64,000 nucleotides of DNA from Raja brachyura. Lineage: Eukaryota. Shown here piece by piece: positions 62,006 through 64,000 of this stretch (position 1 is the stretch's first letter; each line of letters starts with the position of its first letter). The stretch lies in assembly GCA_963514005.1 (NCBI GenBank), contig OY740809.1, forward strand, positions 13,268,001 to 13,332,000, written 5' to 3'. The translations under genes were made by a program, and so were the position numbers. The notes under the pieces were generated by a model, which did not search any database, was not told where the DNA came from, and saw only the letters and a program-made list of their open reading frames with translations.

Positions 62006-64000
62006 ACTTAAATGTAAACAGGACTTAAGAGGTTCTACCATTCAGAAATATTATACAATAAACACAATAATATGTAGTAACACCAACCATCAAATTCAAA
62101 ATAAAAAAATCCATATGAAATGACAAATGAGGAATCCAGTGAAATGAGAAATATGTCAGAAGGTACAGGGACAGTATAAACTATCTCCATAGTTGCTAGT
62201 TCATTAATACCAATTCACATGTTCATTCAATTGGCTGGAGGGTATCCAAATTAAGGCCTTAAATCCCTACTCGTACTGTGCAGTTTCCCTTACACAGGAA
62301 CTGTGAGACCTCCTGATATTTAATTTATTTGATTGTACAAGACATGTACTATAAAGAATGGTTACGGAAACAATGAGATAAAACAATTAAAAAAAGAGAT
62401 GAAATGTAAATCCATGGGATCCATCCCAGCAATGACACTGTGGAATCATTACGTATAAATCTTTATACTTTGCCATCTCTTTATGTACCCTAAAATACTC
62501 CTTTTTCACTAGCTAGAAAGGCAGGATTGTGGAGAACTGAAATAAATTGGAAATACTCAGGAGATTAACAAACATCTGTGGAGATTAAAACAGCTTTAAC
62601 ATCTGAATTTGATCTTTCATCAGCCTGATAAAAGTTAGCAATGTTACATGTGAAGAGAAAATGTGATGAGAAAGGCAAACATGATTGAAGATCTGTGACA
62701 GATTAAAATGCAGCAAAGATTAAATCGCAAAAGGAATAATATAAAGGAAAAAAGTTGGTGTTGGGACAAATAAGATAAAAGGGAGGTGCAGAGTTATACC
62801 TGGGACATATTCCTGAAACTTAATATTGGGATCAGAAAGTTGTAATATACCGAGTCAAAAGATAATGGTTCTTGACTCATAGGCTTACATTAATCTCCCA
62901 CAGAGCATTGTTATAGACCAAGCACAGAGCTCAGCTTGGAAGTGAGGCAGAAAATTAAAGTGCAAACTGTAACTTGGGGTCATGTTTACAAACTGATTGA
63001 AGGCTCTTGCAAAGTGATTTCCCAATTTAAGTTTGGTTTCCATTTTACAGGAGACTGTATCGTCAGAAATAAATGCTGTATTTTAAATTGAAAAGTGTAA
63101 ATAAATCGCAATTTTATCTCCCAAAATTCTTTGGGGCTTGACAGTGGAGAGGGAGGCAATAAGAAGTAAAGTGTTGCACCTGTTCTTATCTTGTAAAGGC
63201 CACAGAGGGAATAGGTTCTTCAGAATGCCGAAAGGGGAAGAGTGATAAGAGCAGAATTAGGCCATTCGGCCCATCAGGTCTACTCTGCCATTCAGTCATG
63301 GCTGATCTATCTTTCCCTCAACTCCATTCTCCTCTCTTCTCCCCACAACCCCTGACATGGCACCTCGCCAGCAGAAAACCTGAAAATGAATTACTTAAGA
63401 GATGAAGAAACAGGTGCAATAGTTGGAGAGATGTCACAATTCAGGAGTGAGGGGCAAAGGTCTAGGAAATTAAATAGAAATGATGAAGGGGAGTAAGGAA
63501 GTGGGGTTAGTGCAGGAAAGTAGTGTTGTGGTCAAAGACCAGCAATGATAGAGTGAAGGGCAGAGTTGCAGGGATGGGAAGTAGGGGTGGTTGAATGGCC
63601 GCTCTTGCTTATGTTTATTATGTCCTTATGAGGGGCTTTCAGATCACAAGGGAACGCAAATCATTGGTTGAATGAAAGGGAAGATTTATGAAATGACTGC
63701 GTGGAAGCTGATATTGAGATGTGATATTGCTGATATTGACAACTGCAGCAAAGACAGAGAAACAGGTTAACTGGAATGGAATCATCAATATTGCTTCTTC
63801 CACAAAGACTGCCTGATCTCCTGAGTACCGATCATTTTCTGGTTTTATTTATTTGGCAAACTTTTAGTCATCTACCCGATTCTATTCATTTATTCTGTAG
63901 GTGATGGAAAGGGATTGATCAGTTATATGTGAAGAAATTCCTCCATCCCACTTTAAATTCCCTTTCATTAAATTCTCTTTTTTAACCTGTCACAATGTAT

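Noticed and set aside
1-64000. Prokaryote-type systems (CRISPR arrays, operons, defence loci) and rRNA or tRNA genes
   Set aside because: The sequence is intron-rich vertebrate DNA. There is no regularly spaced repeat-spacer array, and the tRNA-like segments are SINE heads.
55065-64000. Further upstream ADGRB2 exons (TM7 and helix 8 region)
   Set aside because: No matching coding exon could be found by eye; it probably lies beyond the window.

Overview
Eukaryotic, repeat-rich vertebrate genomic DNA. The repeat families (HE1-type V-SINEs, CR1/HER1 LINE tails, Penelope-like elements, Deu-type SINEs) point to a cartilaginous fish, probably a skate or ray. The only well-supported host gene is the 3' end of an adhesion GPCR, ADGRB2 (BAI2), on the minus strand. 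It has six coding exons (55025-55064, 48328-48989, 32813-32848, 21440-21544, 20943-20996, 19232-19396) with canonical GT-AG sites and one continuous reading frame ending in the PDZ-binding motif QTEV*. A repeat-poor stretch follows and is a probable long 3' UTR. The introns hold a full-length but inactivated Passport-type Tc1 transposon (58600-60216) and a 1.3-kb non-autonomous TIR element with an 8-bp TSD and a large internal palindrome (39511-40827). They also hold a 2.1-kb composite TIR element with an unusual 7-bp TSD (29446-31520) and a non-autonomous Helitron-like element with a G-rich core (53489-53990). About 20 Penelope-derived terminal-repeat fragments are scattered across the whole window; several keep minimal hammerhead-ribozyme cores and some form fold-back palindromes. 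Possible 5' exons of a downstream minus-strand gene lie at 1-3.6 kb. Almost all other six-frame ORFs are spurious or repeat-derived. Family names were assigned from recalled consensus sequences, not database searches, and repeat boundaries are approximate unless termini are quoted.
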